Shown piece by piece: positions 38,904-48,622 of a stretch of DNA of 64,000 nt (positions within the stretch are counted from its first letter, which is position 1; every line of letters starts with the position of its first letter). The translations under genes were made by a program, and so were the position numbers. Location of the stretch: positions 8,555 through 72,554 of the IMG/VR virus record IMGVR_UViG_3300020204_000022; one strand, 5' to 3'. Source of the stretch: a virus. The notes below the pieces were generated by a model. That model was not told the origin of the DNA and did no database searches. It worked only from the letters and a program-made list of their open reading frames with translations.

Positions 38904-39887
38904 ATGATGGAAGAATATTCGTTACCAGAACCGATCCTACAAGAAAATCCAGATCGATTTGTCATTTTCCCAATTCAACACGATGAACTTTGGTCTCAGT
39001 ATAAGAATCAAATGGCATGCATTTGGACTGCCGAAGAAATTGATCTTTCTTCAGATCTGGATCATTGGAGAAACGAATTGAACGAGGATGAAAAACATTT
39101 CATCAAACACGTTTTGGCCTTCTTCGCAGCTTCGGATGGAATCGTGAATGAAAATTTGGCAGAGAACTTTGTCAGAGAAGTTCAATACACGGAAGCAAAA
39201 TTTTTCTACGGGTTTCAAATCATGATGGAAAACATTCACTCTGAAACCTATTCTTTGTTGATTGATACCTATATTTCTGACCCCCAGGAAAAGCACCGTC
39301 TATTTCACGCCATTGAAACTATTCCTGCCGTGAAGAAAAAAGCAGATTGGGCGCTGAAATGGATTAACTCGCCGCATTTTCAAGAGAGATTGATTGCTTT
39401 TGCTGCAGTAGAAGGAATTTTCTTTTCTGGATCTTTCTGTTCAATCTTTTGGTTGAAGAAAAGAGGTCTGATGCCAGGTCTTTCTTTTTCCAATGAACTA
39501 ATTTCACGGGACGAGGGACTGCACTGTGACTTCGCTGTTCTTCTTCACAATAAATATCTTTCAAACAAAGTTTCGGAAGAGAGAATCAAGGAAATTATTG
39601 TCAGCGCCTTGGCCATCGAAAAAGAATTTATTTTAGAATCTCTTCCGGTGAGACTGATTGGAATGAACTCTGATCTTATGAGTCAATACCTGGAATTTGT
39701 AACAGATAGACTTTTGGTTTCTTTGGGATGTTCGAAGGTATATGGGTCGGAAAATCCATTTGACTTCATGACCAACATTTCTTTACAGGGTAAAACCAAC
39801 TTCTTTGAAAAAAGAGTGGCTGAATATCAGAAGGCGGGAGTTCTCAATGCATCATCCGATGCTTTTGATTTGGATGTAGATTTCTAA
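38904..39887 (+). CDS. nrdB: Class Ia ribonucleotide reductase beta subunit
   Basis: [55 protein letters not shown]. Confidence 0.92.
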   Translation: MMEEYSLPEPILQENPDRFVIFPIQHDELWSQYKNQMACIWTAEEIDLSSDLDHWRNELNEDEKHFIKHVLAFFAASDGIVNENLAENFVREVQYTEAKFFYGFQIMMENIHSETYSLLIDTYISDPQEKHRLFHAIETIPAVKKKADWALKWINSPHFQERLIAFAAVEGIFFSGSFCSIFWLKKRGLMPGLSFSNELISRDEGLHCDFAVLLHNKYLSNKVSEERIKEIIVSALAIEKEFILESLPVRLIGMNSDLMSQYLEFVTDRLLVSLGCSKVYGSENPFDFMTNISLQGKTNFFEKRVAEYQKAGVLNASSDAFDLDVDF

Positions 39888-39902
39888 AAAAAATTCATAA
39901 AA

Positions 39903-41090
39903 ATGTTTGTAAAAAAGAGAGATGGTTCGAAAGAAGCAGTCAGATTTGATAAAATCTCAAATCGGATTCGAAAGGTAACCTATGGATTAAATTCTGACTT
40001 CGTAGATGCTATGGAGATAGCACAAAAAGTTATTGCCGGTATTTATGATGGAATTTCAACTTGGGAACTGGATAATTTAGCAGCAGAAACAGCTGCTTCT
40101 TTGATTCCACGACATCCAGACTACTCCATCTTGGCTTCTAGAATAGCGGTTTCAAGATTGCACAAATCTACAAAGAAAAAATTCTCGGAAACTATCCAGG
40201 ATTTGTTTTCCTACATCGATCCCGAAACCGGATTGGAATCTGGTTTGATCTCCGAAGAAACCTATCGGGTGGTGATGGAACATAAAGACACTTTGGATTC
40301 AGCCATTATTCACGATCGGGATTTTAATTTCGAATATTTTGGTTTTAAAACACTCGAGAAAAGTTACCTTCTCAAGATGCTCGGCAAACCGGCAGAAACC
40401 CCTCAACACATGTACATGAGAGTAGCGGTTGGAATTTGGGGGGATGACATCAAAAACACGATTAAGACCTACGAGTTGCTTTCAAATCACATGATGACTC
40501 ACGCAACTCCGACACTTTTTAACGCCGGAACGAAAAAGCCTCAATTGTCTTCCTGTTTCTTGTTAACCATGTCGGAAGATTCTATCCCCGGAATTTACAA
40601 AACTCTTTCCGACGTTGCCTTGATTTCTCAGCATGCCGGGGGAATTGGTTTGGCAATTCACAATGTTAGAGCAACAGATTCTTACATCAGAGGAACAAAT
40701 GGTAAATCAAATGGGATTATACCTATGCTTAGAGTTTATAATGAAACCGCTAGGTATGTTGACCAATGTTTTGTTGGTGAAACTTTGATTAAAATGGAAG
40801 GCGGATTCTCTAGAATTGATGAAATATATCCTGGGGATTTTGTTATCTCTTCAGATGGTAATAAACACGAGGTAATTCAAAATTTGGATTACCCCATTGG
40901 AGATAAAAATTTAATATCAGTTCAAACGGAAGATGGAGAAAACATAGTAACAGAAGATCATCTTTTTTTAGTTGTTAGAAACGGATCATCTATTGACAAT
41001 TTAGAAGAAAAGTTATCTATGGGAATTGTAGAAGCAGAGTGGATTGAGGCAAAAAAATTAACGGATAGCGATATTTTACTAAAAATGTAA
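39903..41090 (+). CDS. nrdA: Class Ia ribonucleotide reductase alpha subunit, N-terminal fragment fused to a split-intein N-half
   Basis: Extein ends ...[10 protein letters not shown]; then [28 protein letters not shown]...[14 protein letters not shown]...[17 protein letters not shown]. Confidence 0.88.
   Translation: MFVKKRDGSKEAVRFDKISNRIRKVTYGLNSDFVDAMEIAQKVIAGIYDGISTWELDNLAAETAASLIPRHPDYSILASRIAVSRLHKSTKKKFSETIQDLFSYIDPETGLESGLISEETYRVVMEHKDTLDSAIIHDRDFNFEYFGFKTLEKSYLLKMLGKPAETPQHMYMRVAVGIWGDDIKNTIKTYELLSNHMMTHATPTLFNAGTKKPQLSSCFLLTMSEDSIPGIYKTLSDVALISQHAGGIGLAIHNVRATDSYIRGTNGKSNGIIPMLRVYNETARYVDQCFVGETLIKMEGGFSRIDEIYPGDFVISSDGNKHEVIQNLDYPIGDKNLISVQTEDGENIVTEDHLFLVVRNGSSIDNLEEKLSMGIVEAEWIEAKKLTDSDILLKM
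40767..41087 (+). other. Split intein N-terminal half (107 aa, Cys1)
   Basis: Block A CFVGETLI; block B with TEDH (TxxH); terminal [14 protein letters not shown] as at the canonical split site. Confidence 0.88.
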
Positions 41091-41122
41091 AATTATTTCA
41101 AAGTAAAAATAAAATTCATAAA

Positions 41123-41317
41123 ATGGCAAACATCTTTTTACATCACCCTCTACAGGATGGAGAGCTCCATGAGGAATCATCTGTACTTTCTGTCTCTAAA
41201 TTGAAATTCAATAAGGTAACAAAAGTAGAAAAAATATCAGGTAGGGAAGGAAAAGTTTACGATCTGCGAATTTCTGAGATTCCTAATTACTCTACGAATG
41301 TATCAATTGTTCACAAT
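41123..41317 (+). other. Split intein C-terminal half (65 aa) ending His-Asn; +1 residue is Gly
   Basis: [35 protein letters not shown]; nucleotide check: GTT CAC AAT GGG GGT GGA. Confidence 0.88.
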
Positions 41318-42919
41318 GGGGGTGGAAAGAGAAAGGGAAGCTTCGCCATTTATCTAGAACCTTGGCATGCTGATGTTGAAGATTTTCTGGACTTAAGAAA
41401 AAATACAGGTAAAGAAGAAAGAAGAGCCAGAGATTTGTTTTTGGCTTTGTGGATTCCCGATTTATTTATGGAGAGGGTTCACGAGGATTCTACCTGGTCT
41501 TTGTTTTCTCCATCCGAAGTTCCCAATTTACATGAAAAATTTGGAAAGGAATTCAATGCCGCTTATTTGGAAGCAGAAGAGGCTGGGAAGGCCAGAAAAA
41601 CAATTAAGGCCCGGGATTTGTGGGGCAAGATTTTGGATTCACAAATTGAAACCGGAACCCCATATATTTTGTATAAGGATGCGGCCAACAGGAAATCCAA
41701 CCAACAAAATTTAGGTACAATCAAATCTTCTAATTTGTGCACAGAAATTATAGAATATGCCAGTAAAGACGAAACTGCAGTTTGTAACTTGGCTTCGATC
41801 GCGGTGAATAAGTTTCTGAAATCTACAGACGCAAGAACCTCCAAGATTGCCAGAAAAAAATGCGAGGTAGATCACGAATTGCTTTACAATGTTGCCTACC
41901 AAACAACATTAAATTTGAACAAGGTAATTGATGTTAATTTTTATCCAACCCCAGAAACTAAAAATTCGAATTTCAGACACCGCCCAATTGGCATTGGAAT
42001 TCAGGGTTTAGCTGATCTTTTTGCCATTATGGGATTGCCATTTACATCTCCAGAGGCAAGAAAAATCAACTCTGAAATTTTTGAAACCATTTACTTCGCT
42101 TCTATGTCTGCTTCTGTGGATTTGGCTAAGAAAGAAGGTCATTATGAGAGTTTTCCTGGATCTCCTCTTTGCCAAGGCAAATTCCAATTTAACCTCTGGG
42201 ACGTTACAGATTCCGAACTTTCTGGTAGATGGGACTGGGATAAATTGAGAAAATCTGTGATGAAACACGGATCCAGAAATTCTTTGCTTCTGGCACCCAT
42301 GCCAACCGCGAGCACAGCTCAAATTATGGGAAACAATGAAGCATTTGAACCTTTTACCTCCAATATTTATACAAGAAGAACCCTGTCGGGAGAATTTATC
42401 ATCATCAACAAATATCTTGTGAAAGATCTAATCAATTTGGGTCTTTGGAATGAAGATGTTAAAAATTTGATTATCATCCACAAAGGATCTGTTCAAAACA
42501 TTCCAAACATCCCCGATGACATCAAGGAGGTTTACAAAACGGTTTGGGAAATCAAACAGAAAGATCTTATTGAGATGTCTGCAGAAAGAGGTAGATTCAT
42601 TTGTCAATCCCAATCTCTCAACCTTTTCATTGAAGGTGTTAACGCTGCCAAATTAACTGCCGCCCATTTCCATTCTTGGAAATTGGGTTTGAAAACTGGC
42701 ATGTATTATCTTCGCACTAAGTCCGCTGTAGACGCCATGACTGGACTTGGGATAGACGTTTCTAAATATCAGACAATACCAAAAAAAGAAGAGCCCAAAG
42801 TTTTCAAAAAGACTTTGGAAACCCCAAATGAAGAATTACAAGTTCTGGCCAACCAAACTTTAGAAGATTTAAGTTGTAGTTTGGACAACCCAGATGATTG
42901 TATCGCCTGTGGATCTTAA
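41123..42919 (+). CDS. nrdA: Split-intein C-half fused to nrdA C-terminal fragment
   Basis: ...[55 protein letters not shown]...; RNR C-terminal redox tail CIACGS. Confidence 0.9.
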   Translation: [598 protein letters not shown]

Positions 42920-42940
42920 TTTTACATTTTAATAAAAACC

Positions 42941-43159
42941 ATGACAAATATTTTAATCTTTAACACCAAAAAACACACCCTCCAGGTAGAATCTGAATCA
43001 CGACATCTAAGAGGAGTGTACTCTGAAATCATGACCATTCAACTTTCTCAAGCCCATTACAATTTTTATGAGGTTTATCAAGAAAGCCAAGATTCAAGAA
43101 GAGTTCCCCTTTTCAGATTCCCAATTCAAAATACGATTATTAAATATGAGCACAGTTAA
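42941..43159 (+). CDS. Small hypothetical protein
   Basis: 72 aa ORF between nrdA and adk-like genes. Confidence 0.5.
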   Translation: MTNILIFNTKKHTLQVESESRHLRGVYSEIMTIQLSQAHYNFYEVYQESQDSRRVPLFRFPIQNTIIKYEHS

Positions 43160-43787
43160 AAAATTCGACGAATTTGTCCACCTTCACGAAAGAGAGCTTC
43201 CTGATTTTCAGGGCAAGATCTTAGTAATCATGGGCCCTCCTGGATCCGGGAAAGGGACCTTCTCAAAAAGACTTTCTGAAAAAGAAGGTTACAATCATAT
43301 TTCTACTGGGGATTTGATTCGAAAATCGAAGGACCCAGAATTAAAAGCGAAGATTGCAAAGGGCGAGTATATTGACGATGGAACGATGGTATCAATGCTC
43401 AGAAAAGAACTTAAAAAGTTAGATCCTGGAATGGGAATCATTCTCGACGGATTTCCTAGAACGGTTAAACAGGCTGGAATGTTGGACTCTTTGCTCGGTA
43501 AAATGGGATTAGGTCTAAGCCACACAATCTATTTGGATTTGGACGAAAAAACCGCTACGGATAGGATTTTATCCAGAGCCGAAAAAGAAAATCGTGAGGA
43601 TGACAAAGATCCAGAGGTAATTAAAAAAAGATTCCAAACCTACACGGAAAAAACTGCTCCTCTGATCGATCTGTACACCAAAAGCAGAAAATTGAAAAAA
43701 TTCGACTCCGGTGTAGGAATAGATCGTTTATACAAAAAAATTGTGAACCAACTGAATCTCAAAAAAACCGATTCTAAAACAAATTAA
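43146..43787 (+). CDS. adk: Adenylate kinase with leader-like N-terminus MSTVKKFDEFVHLHE|RE
   Basis: ILVIMGPPGSGKGTFSKRLSEKEGYNHISTGDLIR, ILDGFPRT; internal ATG at 43146 preferred to 43068. Confidence 0.88.
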   Translation: MSTVKKFDEFVHLHERELPDFQGKILVIMGPPGSGKGTFSKRLSEKEGYNHISTGDLIRKSKDPELKAKIAKGEYIDDGTMVSMLRKELKKLDPGMGIILDGFPRTVKQAGMLDSLLGKMGLGLSHTIYLDLDEKTATDRILSRAEKENREDDKDPEVIKKRFQTYTEKTAPLIDLYTKSRKLKKFDSGVGIDRLYKKIVNQLNLKKTDSKTN

Positions 43788-43820
43788 AAGAAACAGGTCA
43801 ACCTGAATCACATTTAATTT

Positions 43821-44501
43821 ATGTCAAAATACAAGGTAGATTTACTGACGGGATTTGTAGAAAACTTCGAAGAAGAAATTCATCTGAAGAATAAAATCGA
43901 AATGTCACATTTTAGCCAGGTTGGTAAAATAGGAATACAGCTCGAAAATTATTTGTTTAAAATTGGGATGGATCTCAAGCCAACAAAATTGGCGGCAGGA
44001 CCCAATCCAACTTTACATGTCAAATTTCGAAGAAAGCTTTCTGATTCATTCCTGGCGGAAACCCTAATTGGATTCTTCGTTGAAAGTGGAATAAAATTCA
44101 AACAGCACCTTCATTCTGGATCCTTTCCTTTATTCACTGTAAAGAATGATACGGTCCCAGAACTTTTGGAAGGGATTGGATATTCTTTATTTTCCATTTA
44201 TTCGCCGAGTTCTAATGGATTTCTCGGAATAAAGTTGGAAATATTAACAACAAATCAAATTGTGAAAATTTTGGATTCGAAATTGGCAAATTTAACTTTG
44301 TTGATTTGGACTGGACGAACTTTAAAAAAATCATCCTTTGCAAATACTCAAAACATACCAGAGGAAAATAGTTCGGATTTCTTGGACCTTGAACTGGTTT
44401 CCGAATCAAAATCAAATCCCATCCGTATAAAGGCGAACTTTACCAAATCTAGTCTTCTGGGTTACACGTTGGAGAAAATTTTAGAAATTCAGAAAATCTG
44501 A
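43821..44501 (+). CDS. Hypothetical protein
   Basis: 226 aa ORF. Confidence 0.6.
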   Translation: MSKYKVDLLTGFVENFEEEIHLKNKIEMSHFSQVGKIGIQLENYLFKIGMDLKPTKLAAGPNPTLHVKFRRKLSDSFLAETLIGFFVESGIKFKQHLHSGSFPLFTVKNDTVPELLEGIGYSLFSIYSPSSNGFLGIKLEILTTNQIVKILDSKLANLTLLIWTGRTLKKSSFANTQNIPEENSSDFLDLELVSESKSNPIRIKANFTKSSLLGYTLEKILEIQKI

Positions 44502-44541
44502 AATTTTTTCAAAAAATTAGATATAAAAAGAAAGTTTTTTT

Positions 44542-45789
44542 ATGTCTAAATCCACAAAGAATAAACCAAAATCCAAAAAATCTCCATCTAAATCACTAAC
44601 TTCTTTAACGGGTTTACCCCACAAACAAAAGTTCACCTTTTGTTTGGTCATGATCGTCAAAGACGAAGGTGACACAATTCGCAAATGTCTTGAAAGAGTT
44701 GCACCTTATATTTCCTATTGGGTAATCTGTGATACTGGTTCTCGGGACAATACCATTTCTGAGATCAGGAGTACCATGGAAGAATTAAATATCCCGGGCG
44801 AACTCCATGAAAGACCTTGGGTTAATTTCGAAGTCAATCGAACAGAAAGTTTGGAATTATCCTATGGAAAGTGTGATTATCGATGGATTATTGATGCCGA
44901 TGATTTATTTGAAAATTTAAATCCAGGAACAAATCCCTTTTCAGATTTACCAGACGGAGTAGACTGCTTTCAAATTCAATACAAGTTGAATTCTTTGCAG
45001 TACTACCGGGCTCAAATTGTGAAGTCTGACCAAAATTGGGTTTACAAAGGGGTTCTTCACGAATATTTAGATTTGCCTGGAAAACAACCTTTATATCAGG
45101 CACAAATCCCCAACGACAGATGTTTGGTGAACGCCAATATCTCCCCGTTAAAAAGAGCTTCTTCTTTGGAAGAAAAGTACTCTAAAGACGCTGAAATTTT
45201 GGAGAAAGCTTTAAAGGAGGATCCCACCAATACCAGATACATGTTTTATCTCGCCCAAAGTTATCGGGATTCAAACCAAAACCTAAAGTCTCTACAAGCC
45301 TATGAAAAAAGAGCCAACGCTGGGGGATGGCCAGAAGAGATCTACTACTCTTTGTACATGATTGGAAGGTTGAAAGAAAAACTCGGGAGACATCCGGACG
45401 AGGTCATTCAGGCCTATTCTAAAGCTTGGGAATTCAGACCAGAAAGACTTGAGGCGGTATTTCACTGTATGAGAAAATTGAGGGAGCAAAATCGGTTTGT
45501 GTTGTCTTTCACCTATGGTACGATGGCCATGAAGAATCCAGGAACCGGAGACATCCTATTTATCGAACCAGAAATTTGGCAATGGAGGTTGTTGGACGAA
45601 TTTTCTTTGGCTGCCTATCACACTGGAAATCCGGAAATTTCCTACGAAAAAATGAAACAAGTTACCGAAATGCCTTTTTTCGGATCATTTCATCCAGGGG
45701 AAAAAGAAAGAATCCTCAGAAATTTAGAAAACTTCAAAAAGGCAGCAGCCATGAAGCTAAATTCACAAAATCAACCGGCTTCAGCATAA
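44542..45789 (+). CDS. Family 2 glycosyltransferase with TPR-like C-terminal region
   Basis: FCLVMIVKDEGDTIRKCLERV...VICDTGSRDNT...YRWIIDADDLF. Confidence 0.8.
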   Translation: MSKSTKNKPKSKKSPSKSLTSLTGLPHKQKFTFCLVMIVKDEGDTIRKCLERVAPYISYWVICDTGSRDNTISEIRSTMEELNIPGELHERPWVNFEVNRTESLELSYGKCDYRWIIDADDLFENLNPGTNPFSDLPDGVDCFQIQYKLNSLQYYRAQIVKSDQNWVYKGVLHEYLDLPGKQPLYQAQIPNDRCLVNANISPLKRASSLEEKYSKDAEILEKALKEDPTNTRYMFYLAQSYRDSNQNLKSLQAYEKRANAGGWPEEIYYSLYMIGRLKEKLGRHPDEVIQAYSKAWEFRPERLEAVFHCMRKLREQNRFVLSFTYGTMAMKNPGTGDILFIEPEIWQWRLLDEFSLAAYHTGNPEISYEKMKQVTEMPFFGSFHPGEKERILRNLENFKKAAAMKLNSQNQPASA

Positions 45790-45799
45790 AAGAAAAAAG

Positions 45800-46195
45800 A
45801 TGGAAGTGCTCTCGATGTATCCTGTTAAAAAGTCAGATCTTGGCTTCCATGGAAATTTGTTCGGCGGTCAGTTGCTGAAATGGATTGATGCTGCTGCTGC
45901 TGGATATGCCATGCAGCTGTGTGATTCTCCAAGAATGGTAACTGTGTCCATAGATAAATGCTTTTTCGAAAGGCCTGCAAAAGAAGGTCAACTTTTAAAA
46001 ATTTATGGAAATCCGGCTGAAATCGGCACAACGTCGGTTACAATTTATATCGAGGCAAGAGCACACAACGTGTACACTGGAGATCAGAAAGTAATTCTTA
46101 GAACAAACATCAAATTTGTGAGGATTGACGAGGAAGGAAACCCAATCCCTATCTCGGAACGATCAAAAACCCGTATTTCGGAAAAAATAAAATAA
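45800..46195 (+). CDS. Hotdog-fold acyl-CoA thioesterase, YciA-like
   Basis: HGNLFGGQLLKWIDAAAAGYAMQLCDSPRMVTVSIDKCFFERPAKEGQLL...RTNIKFVRID. Confidence 0.78.
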   Translation: MEVLSMYPVKKSDLGFHGNLFGGQLLKWIDAAAAGYAMQLCDSPRMVTVSIDKCFFERPAKEGQLLKIYGNPAEIGTTSVTIYIEARAHNVYTGDQKVILRTNIKFVRIDEEGNPIPISERSKTRISEKIK

Positions 46196-46225
46196 TTTTC
46201 ACAAATCTAAAAATAAAAAATTAAA

Positions 46226-46657
46226 ATGAAACAATTACTTATAATCCTGCTTGTTCTACTTAGCTCAATGTCATTCGCCCAAAAACCTATGGTTGGTTTT
46301 ACCCAAGAAGAAATCAAACATCGAAATAGACTTGAATTTAAAATAACCGAATGGGATGTGATTAGACAGGATGAATATTGGGTAATGTACACTGCTAGCC
46401 CTTACCTTGATATGACCACATTTTATTTCTTTAGATATGGTGGGACAAAAAACTTTTTAGCCAGCCACTCAACAAAAGATGACGATGTTGCGGTTAGGTT
46501 GTACCAAAGTATTATGAAATCTCATCACGATTTGGGGGATAATAAATTTTTAAGTAAAGAAAATAATTTAATATGTGAGTATAATTTTTATAAAGAAACA
46601 AGTACACATAATTTCATTTATTTCACATCTGAGGGTAAAAATATTTTTAAGAATTAA
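46226..46657 (+). CDS. Secreted/periplasmic hypothetical protein with signal peptide
   Basis: MKQLLIILLVLLSSMSFAQKP signal sequence. Confidence 0.65.
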   Translation: MKQLLIILLVLLSSMSFAQKPMVGFTQEEIKHRNRLEFKITEWDVIRQDEYWVMYTASPYLDMTTFYFFRYGGTKNFLASHSTKDDDVAVRLYQSIMKSHHDLGDNKFLSKENNLICEYNFYKETSTHNFIYFTSEGKNIFKN

Positions 46658-46707
46658 ACAAAACACTTATTTGAAATTTTTTTGTTGAAAAGAAGAATAT
46701 ATAAGTT

Positions 46708-47298
46708 ATGCAAATACCCGATCCAGAATTGTGGTCAAAGATCCACAACCAAAAAGTTTTCGAGATTGTTAATTTCGAAAGATTCAATTATCACATAGAT
46801 AACAATCTTTCACTTTCTGAGAGCGTCTTCAGAATTGGTTCAGAATCATGGTTTCAGATGATCAATGAGGCCAGAGAACTTTGGGAAAACAACGTTTTGA
46901 ATTTTAATGAGGATGAACTATTTTTTCTGGAGTCAGATCTAGGTAAAAGAGATTTTTTCGAAGGTGTTGAAGTTTGGCTTGACGTTCCATTTCTAGAAGA
47001 AGACCTACACGAGGCGGAATATAGAGGGAGAAAAGTAAATCTCAATAGACCTTTCAGAACTTCCGGAGGTCCTAGAAAATTTGGGGTCTACACAAAAAAT
47101 GAATCCGGAAAAGTTGTTTTAGTTAGATTTGGACAGCCAGGAATGAGGGTGAGAAACGACGACCCTAAAAGGGCAAAGTCGTTCAGAGCCAGACACGGAT
47201 GCGATAACCCTGGACCAAAATGGAAACCTAGATATTGGTCCTGTAATGTTGCCAGATATCGCAAACTTCTTGGCATTAAATCCAGTAGTCCCTGGTGA
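46708..47298 (+). CDS. Phage protein with a conserved-looking C-terminal RKFGVYTKN...SFRARHGCDNPGPKWKPRYWSC module
   Basis: 196 aa; C-terminal RTSGGPRKFGVYTKNESGKVVLVRFGQPGMRVRNDDPKRAKSFRARHGCDNPGPKWKPRYWSC. Confidence 0.6.
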   Translation: MQIPDPELWSKIHNQKVFEIVNFERFNYHIDNNLSLSESVFRIGSESWFQMINEARELWENNVLNFNEDELFFLESDLGKRDFFEGVEVWLDVPFLEEDLHEAEYRGRKVNLNRPFRTSGGPRKFGVYTKNESGKVVLVRFGQPGMRVRNDDPKRAKSFRARHGCDNPGPKWKPRYWSCNVARYRKLLGIKSSSPW

Positions 47299-47561
47299 AA
47301 TCCCTTCCGTTCACAGAAGATAAAATTTCTGACGGGATATACAAAAGAACATTTGATCCCTCAACTGAAAGTGTCGAACTGAAGTGGCATCAAGACTCCG
47401 AAGATAGGATTGTGATTTTTTTGGGTAACACCGATTGGATGTATCAGGAAGACGATGTTTTACCAGTTCCAGCCATAGGAGAATTTTTCATTCCTGCCGG
47501 AAAATGGCACAGACTTTTAAAAGGTAAAACAAAATTGGATGTTCTGATTCAAAAATTTTGA
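47295..47561 (+). CDS. Small cupin-like protein
   Basis: 88 aa; PAIGEFFIPAGKWHRLLKG. Confidence 0.5.
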   Translation: MKSLPFTEDKISDGIYKRTFDPSTESVELKWHQDSEDRIVIFLGNTDWMYQEDDVLPVPAIGEFFIPAGKWHRLLKGKTKLDVLIQKF

Positions 47562-47573
47562 TACATATAGAAC

Positions 47574-48602
47574 ATGAAACACCTTATTTCTTTTCGGGTT
47601 TATGAATCCAGAATCCCTCCTAGTTTGACCCCAGAACAGGAGGCTTTCCTGAATCGTTACATAAGAAAAGGAGGAAACTGGAGCGTGAATCCAACAACAG
47701 GTCTTGTTGACATCCAGGGTGATTTCTTTCCAGATAATGATGGATTGAAAAATTTTTTAGGAATTAAATTTGGAAATGTAACTGGGAATTTTTATTGTGC
47801 CGGAAACCAACTCCAATCCCTGGAAGGAGCACCACAGGAAGTTGGTGGGTTTTTTTGTTGTAAAGGCAACAATCTCAAATCTCTGGAAGGAGCACCACAG
47901 GAAGTTGTTGGGGATTTTGATTGTAGGTATAATCAACTTCAAACCCTGAAAGGATCACCACGGGAAGTTGGTGGGAGTTTCAATTGTTCCTCCAACGATC
48001 TCAAATCCCTGGCAGGAGCACCACGGGAAGTTGGTAGGGATTTCGATTTTTCCGAGAACAAAATCCAATCCCTTAAAGGAAAACCACAGGAAGTTGGTGG
48101 GGATTTTATTTGTTCCTACAACGAACTCCAATCACTGGAAGGAGCACCACGGGAAGTTTATGGGAATTTTAAATGTGGCGGAAACCAACTCCAATCCCTG
48201 GAGGGAGCACCAGAGAAAGTTTATGGGGATTTTTGGTGTACCGGCAAAAAAAACGGCATCAAACTCCAATCCCTGATAGGAGTACCAAAACAGATAAATG
48301 GTGGTTTTTATTGTGATAAATTCGAGTTAGTTCCGGGTGAATGGAGCATGGAAGCATGTGGTAAAATCTTAGGATCTGAAAAACATAGCCAAAAGGCAAA
48401 GGAACTAATTCTAACACTTCCATTTTTCAATTCCACTTATTGGAATTCCAAAATTTCTGAAAATCCTGAATCAGCCATTCTTGAACTTTCAGAATTTTGG
48501 GACGACATGCTAGACAATGTCAGAAATTCAATTCGTATTCCTTCGAATTTAAAGGACGATTTCGAGAACTTGTTGGATCTGGTGAGGAAAGGAATCATGT
48601 GA
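47574..48602 (+). CDS. Leucine-rich-repeat-like protein (about 21-aa units) with leader-like MKHLISFRVYE|SR
   Basis: Repeats of SLEGAPQEVGGxFxCxxNxLQ. Confidence 0.7.
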   Translation: MKHLISFRVYESRIPPSLTPEQEAFLNRYIRKGGNWSVNPTTGLVDIQGDFFPDNDGLKNFLGIKFGNVTGNFYCAGNQLQSLEGAPQEVGGFFCCKGNNLKSLEGAPQEVVGDFDCRYNQLQTLKGSPREVGGSFNCSSNDLKSLAGAPREVGRDFDFSENKIQSLKGKPQEVGGDFICSYNELQSLEGAPREVYGNFKCGGNQLQSLEGAPEKVYGDFWCTGKKNGIKLQSLIGVPKQINGGFYCDKFELVPGEWSMEACGKILGSEKHSQKAKELILTLPFFNSTYWNSKISENPESAILELSEFWDDMLDNVRNSIRIPSNLKDDFENLLDLVRKGIM

Positions 48603-48622
48603 AATGTGAGCATATATACAGC

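Noticed and set aside
41060-41125. nrdA break as a plain sequencing frameshift
   Set aside because: Not excluded, but less likely: both halves have intein blocks in the correct places, the N-half stops at the canonical split position and the C-half has an initiation context like that of nrdA. Listed as a point to check.
48497-48622. Upstream extension of the second LRR-like ORF
   Set aside because: Starts inside the previous gene; ATG 48623 aligns exactly with the paralog's N-terminus MKHLISFRVYES.
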